From the IMG/VR virus record IMGVR_UViG_3300037311_000293: a stretch of DNA of 64,000 nucleotides. One strand, written 5' to 3'. A program made the position numbers and the translations under genes. Of this stretch, positions 61,758-64,000 are shown piece by piece (the first letter of the stretch is position 1; the number at the start of each line of letters is the position of its first letter). A model generated the notes under the pieces. It was not told the DNA's origin, did not search any database, and saw only the letters and a list, made by a program, of their open reading frames with translations. The DNA is from a virus.

Positions 61758-64000
61758 TACGACCTCTTCAGCGGAGCGGCCGTACCCCAAGGTTTGGCGT
61801 CCGGCCCGGCGCCGACTGTAACACCTACAGCCAGAGCTGGGATCGGGTGCGGACCGGCCACCGAGGAACGCTGACCCGTCTGTGCGGCAGTCATCAAGTT
61901 CTGGCCCAGGCGCTCGCCCTGAAGGCGCGCCATCCAGTCGGTCTGACGACGCAGTGGGTTCTCCTTGGTCGGCACCAGCATCGATTCGTAGCGGATGGGC
62001 TTCTTCCCGTGGAGCACCGTACGGTTGACCTCGTCGATGACGGACTTCTGTACGGTGTCGCCGCGGATGTAGCTACCGTGGTCACCGGGATCTGTGATGC
62101 GAACGATACCAGTGGCGCTGCGTACCGCGAGCTCGACGTGACGACGAAGCACGCCTTCGCGGCCGTAGATGGTTCCGACGCGATCGACCATGTGAGACTG
62201 GACTGCATCCAGACCCTTGGTCTTCAGAAGATCGTGGATGTTGGCCTCACCAGCCGTCAGCTTTTCGCCGCGCTCGACCATCACACCTGGGCGAATGTGA
62301 GGCATCGGCTTCTGCCGCGTCTTGATCGGCGTCGTCTTGCCCTCAAGCACGATGGCCCACCCGCCTTGCTGGAGCTCGCGGACTGAAACCACCTTTCCGG
62401 CCCGGGGCGCCAGAGCTGCGTCTTCGCGGCCGGGCTTTGCCGCGTCGAACAACCGCTGCACCTCTTCGAACTCAGATACCGACTGGCCTGCGGTGCTGAC
62501 GATGCCGCCGCCATGCGTTTGCTTCAGCATGATCTGAGCAGCGCGTTCACCAAGGGCTTGCGCCGCGATGAGACCGACATTCTCACCAGAGCGATACTCC
62601 GCACCGTTGGGGTGGATACCCATGCACTTCGAGCACACGCCCTGCGGCATGCGGCACTTCAATGGACTTCGGACCACGAAACGATCGATGCGGCTTTCCT
62701 TCGCCTTGGCCAGCATGTCGGGAGTCACGACGGCACCAGCGGGGTAGGTGTGCCCGCCGAGCGTGACAGGTTGAGCCAAGTGACGATCGACCACGTCCTT
62801 GTCGGCTACGGACAACGCCATCCCCTGCTGGGTGCCGCAATCGTCGCCAGAGATCGCCTGATCGATGTTGCTTTGCACCAGCAGCTTGGACATGTAGCCG
62901 GGCTTACGAACCGAATCCGTCTTCTGAATCACACCACGGCGAGCACCGGCGGCCTGTAGGAAGTAGCCGCCGAGATCGACACCCTCAGCAAAGCTCTTGG
63001 TCACCGGCACACGAGACGGCTTCCCCAGATGATCCTCTACCAGCATCGGAGCCATGATCAGGCCCTGGAACTGCTCACGCTTGGCCTTGATGCCAGAGCC
63101 CAAGGGAGCAGGGGCCATGTCGCTGACGTTCGTGGGCTTGGCCGCGAGCATCTTGTTGTAGACGTCGTGAATCCGACGCGTCGCCGCCAACCACTTGTCC
63201 GTCGCCTGATCGCTATTCAACGAGGCAACGTCCTTCTTCGTCTCCGAAATGATCTTGTCGCGCTCTCGACGAAGCGGCTCGATGTCCTGAAGCGACACCG
63301 TATGCCCAGACTCGTATGCCATCTGGAATCCCAGGCGGCTCATCCCATCGACTACCTCGACGAAGTGCTTGGGCTGCGTCTTGGCGACATCCTTGAGGAT
63401 CTTCTCCTGGTACTTACGGTCCAGCGGCTTGCTGAGATTCGTGAGGATGTCGGAGCGGTACTTCTCCGGAACGATGAAGGCCATGCGAAGCCGCCCGAGC
63501 GTCGTGTTGCCGACGTTCTTGACGTGGATCTCATCGTTCAGATTGATCCTGTTCTCTCGGAACGCCTTCTCGGCTTCGTCCTTGCTGGCGAAGGTCCCAC
63601 TGCGCTTCCCACGAGGAATCGACATCCGATACAGCGACAGCGCTGCTTCATTGGCCGGAGCGAAGATCACATCACCCGACGCTTCTGAGATGGTACGCGC
63701 GGACGGAAGAATCCGGTGTGCTTCGTCTACGGCCTCCCGAGTGAGAGGAACCATGAGGGCGACGGTGTCACCGTCGATGTCGCCGCCGATCGGAGGAAGA
63801 ATCAGGGGGCTCACCTTGATGGCGGGATCGTCGGTCAGTCGGATGCGCTGAGCCACCAAGCCGTATTGATGAAGCACGGGGTCACGCTTCATCAGCACCG
63901 GGCGCGTCTCCACTTCCTTCTCGAGGGCCTTGATGGCCATCGGGTGCTTCTCGGAGATCATACGTTGCGCCATGTCCGGTCGAACGCGCGCAGCGAGTAG
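61757..64000 (-). CDS. rpoC: multi-subunit RNA polymerase beta-prime-like subunit, C-terminal part (5' end beyond the window)
   Basis: KRDPVLH, GGDIDGD, bridge helix GARRG...GY, DCGT, RSPLKC...VCSKC, AAQALGE...HGGG; the frame stays open to base 64000. Confidence 0.92.
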   Translation of the reverse strand, partial: LLAARVRPDMAQRMISEKHPMAIKALEKEVETRPVLMKRDPVLHQYGLVAQRIRLTDDPAIKVSPLILPPIGGDIDGDTVALMVPLTREAVDEAHRILPSARTISEASGDVIFAPANEAALSLYRMSIPRGKRSGTFASKDEAEKAFRENRINLNDEIHVKNVGNTTLGRLRMAFIVPEKYRSDILTNLSKPLDRKYQEKILKDVAKTQPKHFVEVVDGMSRLGFQMAYESGHTVSLQDIEPLRRERDKIISETKKDVASLNSDQATDKWLAATRRIHDVYNKMLAAKPTNVSDMAPAPLGSGIKAKREQFQGLIMAPMLVEDHLGKPSRVPVTKSFAEGVDLGGYFLQAAGARRGVIQKTDSVRKPGYMSKLLVQSNIDQAISGDDCGTQQGMALSVADKDVVDRHLAQPVTLGGHTYPAGAVVTPDMLAKAKESRIDRFVVRSPLKCRMPQGVCSKCMGIHPNGAEYRSGENVGLIAAQALGERAAQIMLKQTHGGGIVSTAGQSVSEFEEVQRLFDAAKPGREDAALAPRAGKVVSVRELQQGGWAIVLEGKTTPIKTRQKPMPHIRPGVMVERGEKLTAGEANIHDLLKTKGLDAVQSHMVDRVGTIYGREGVLRRHVELAVRSATGIVRITDPGDHGSYIRGDTVQKSVIDEVNRTVLHGKKPIRYESMLVPTKENPLRRQTDWMARLQGERLGQNLMTAAQTGQRSSVAGPHPIPALAVGVTVGAGPDAKPWGTAAPLKRS

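Noticed and set aside
1-64000. CRISPR array, tRNA or rRNA genes
   Set aside because: I saw no regularly spaced 25-40-nt repeats, no cloverleaf with T-loop/CCA and no rRNA-like tract; intergenic gaps are short and explained by promoters and terminators. A tRNA scan was not run.
1-64000. Stop-codon reassignment
   Set aside because: Conserved genes (thyA, gyrB, terL, sheath) are full length in the standard code and end at TAA, TAG or TGA next to terminators.
52487-64000. Inteins or group I introns in gyrB, terL or the RNAP gene
   Set aside because: Motif spacing and lengths are ordinary; I saw no C/S...HN splice junctions and no homing-endonuclease motifs.
61757-64000. Nucleus-forming phiKZ-like phage
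   Set aside because: No chimallin- or tubulin-like gene was recognised in the window, and the beta-prime part is not split in the phiKZ manner; the rest of the genome is unseen.

Overview
This window is a segment of a large, GC-rich, tailed (contractile-tail) phage genome, not a bacterial chromosome. Bases 1-24.4 kb are a leftward arm of replication, nucleotide-metabolism and host-takeover genes: ATP-dependent DNA ligase, RNase HII, two DEDD exonucleases, a RecD2 helicase split in two, ThyA, Dcd, Ndk, a (p)ppGpp-hydrolase-like HD protein, SspB-like and Phd-like proteins, an H1-like basic protein and a myxobacterial-style lipoprotein. An AT-rich divergent gap with four 16-bp repeats follows at 24.4-24.6 kb, then short rightward accessory islands that include a MYG1-family gene. 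The morphogenesis module lies on the minus strand from about 27 to 64 kb: tail tube, sheath, neck proteins, major capsid, prohead protease, many putative internal head proteins, large terminase and a Gp5-like spike. It also carries the C-terminal part of a phage multi-subunit RNA polymerase beta-prime subunit, cut off by the window edge. A plus-strand gyrB island interrupts this module. The most interesting signals are: (1) a K-x-A motif concentrated in head proteins, probably the prohead-protease cleavage code; (2) cargo between those sites, namely Gly/Ala membrane-like helices, a degenerate ferritin-like domain and an inorganic-pyrophosphatase-like domain; (3) a CTATNAG promoter-like motif before non-structural genes; (4) a 15-bp hairpin whose loop shows two anti-Shine-Dalgarno sequences; (5) the four-repeat origin/operator candidate. 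All family assignments come from reading motifs by eye. No database search was run, and several start codons were moved from the ORF track to RBS-supported positions.
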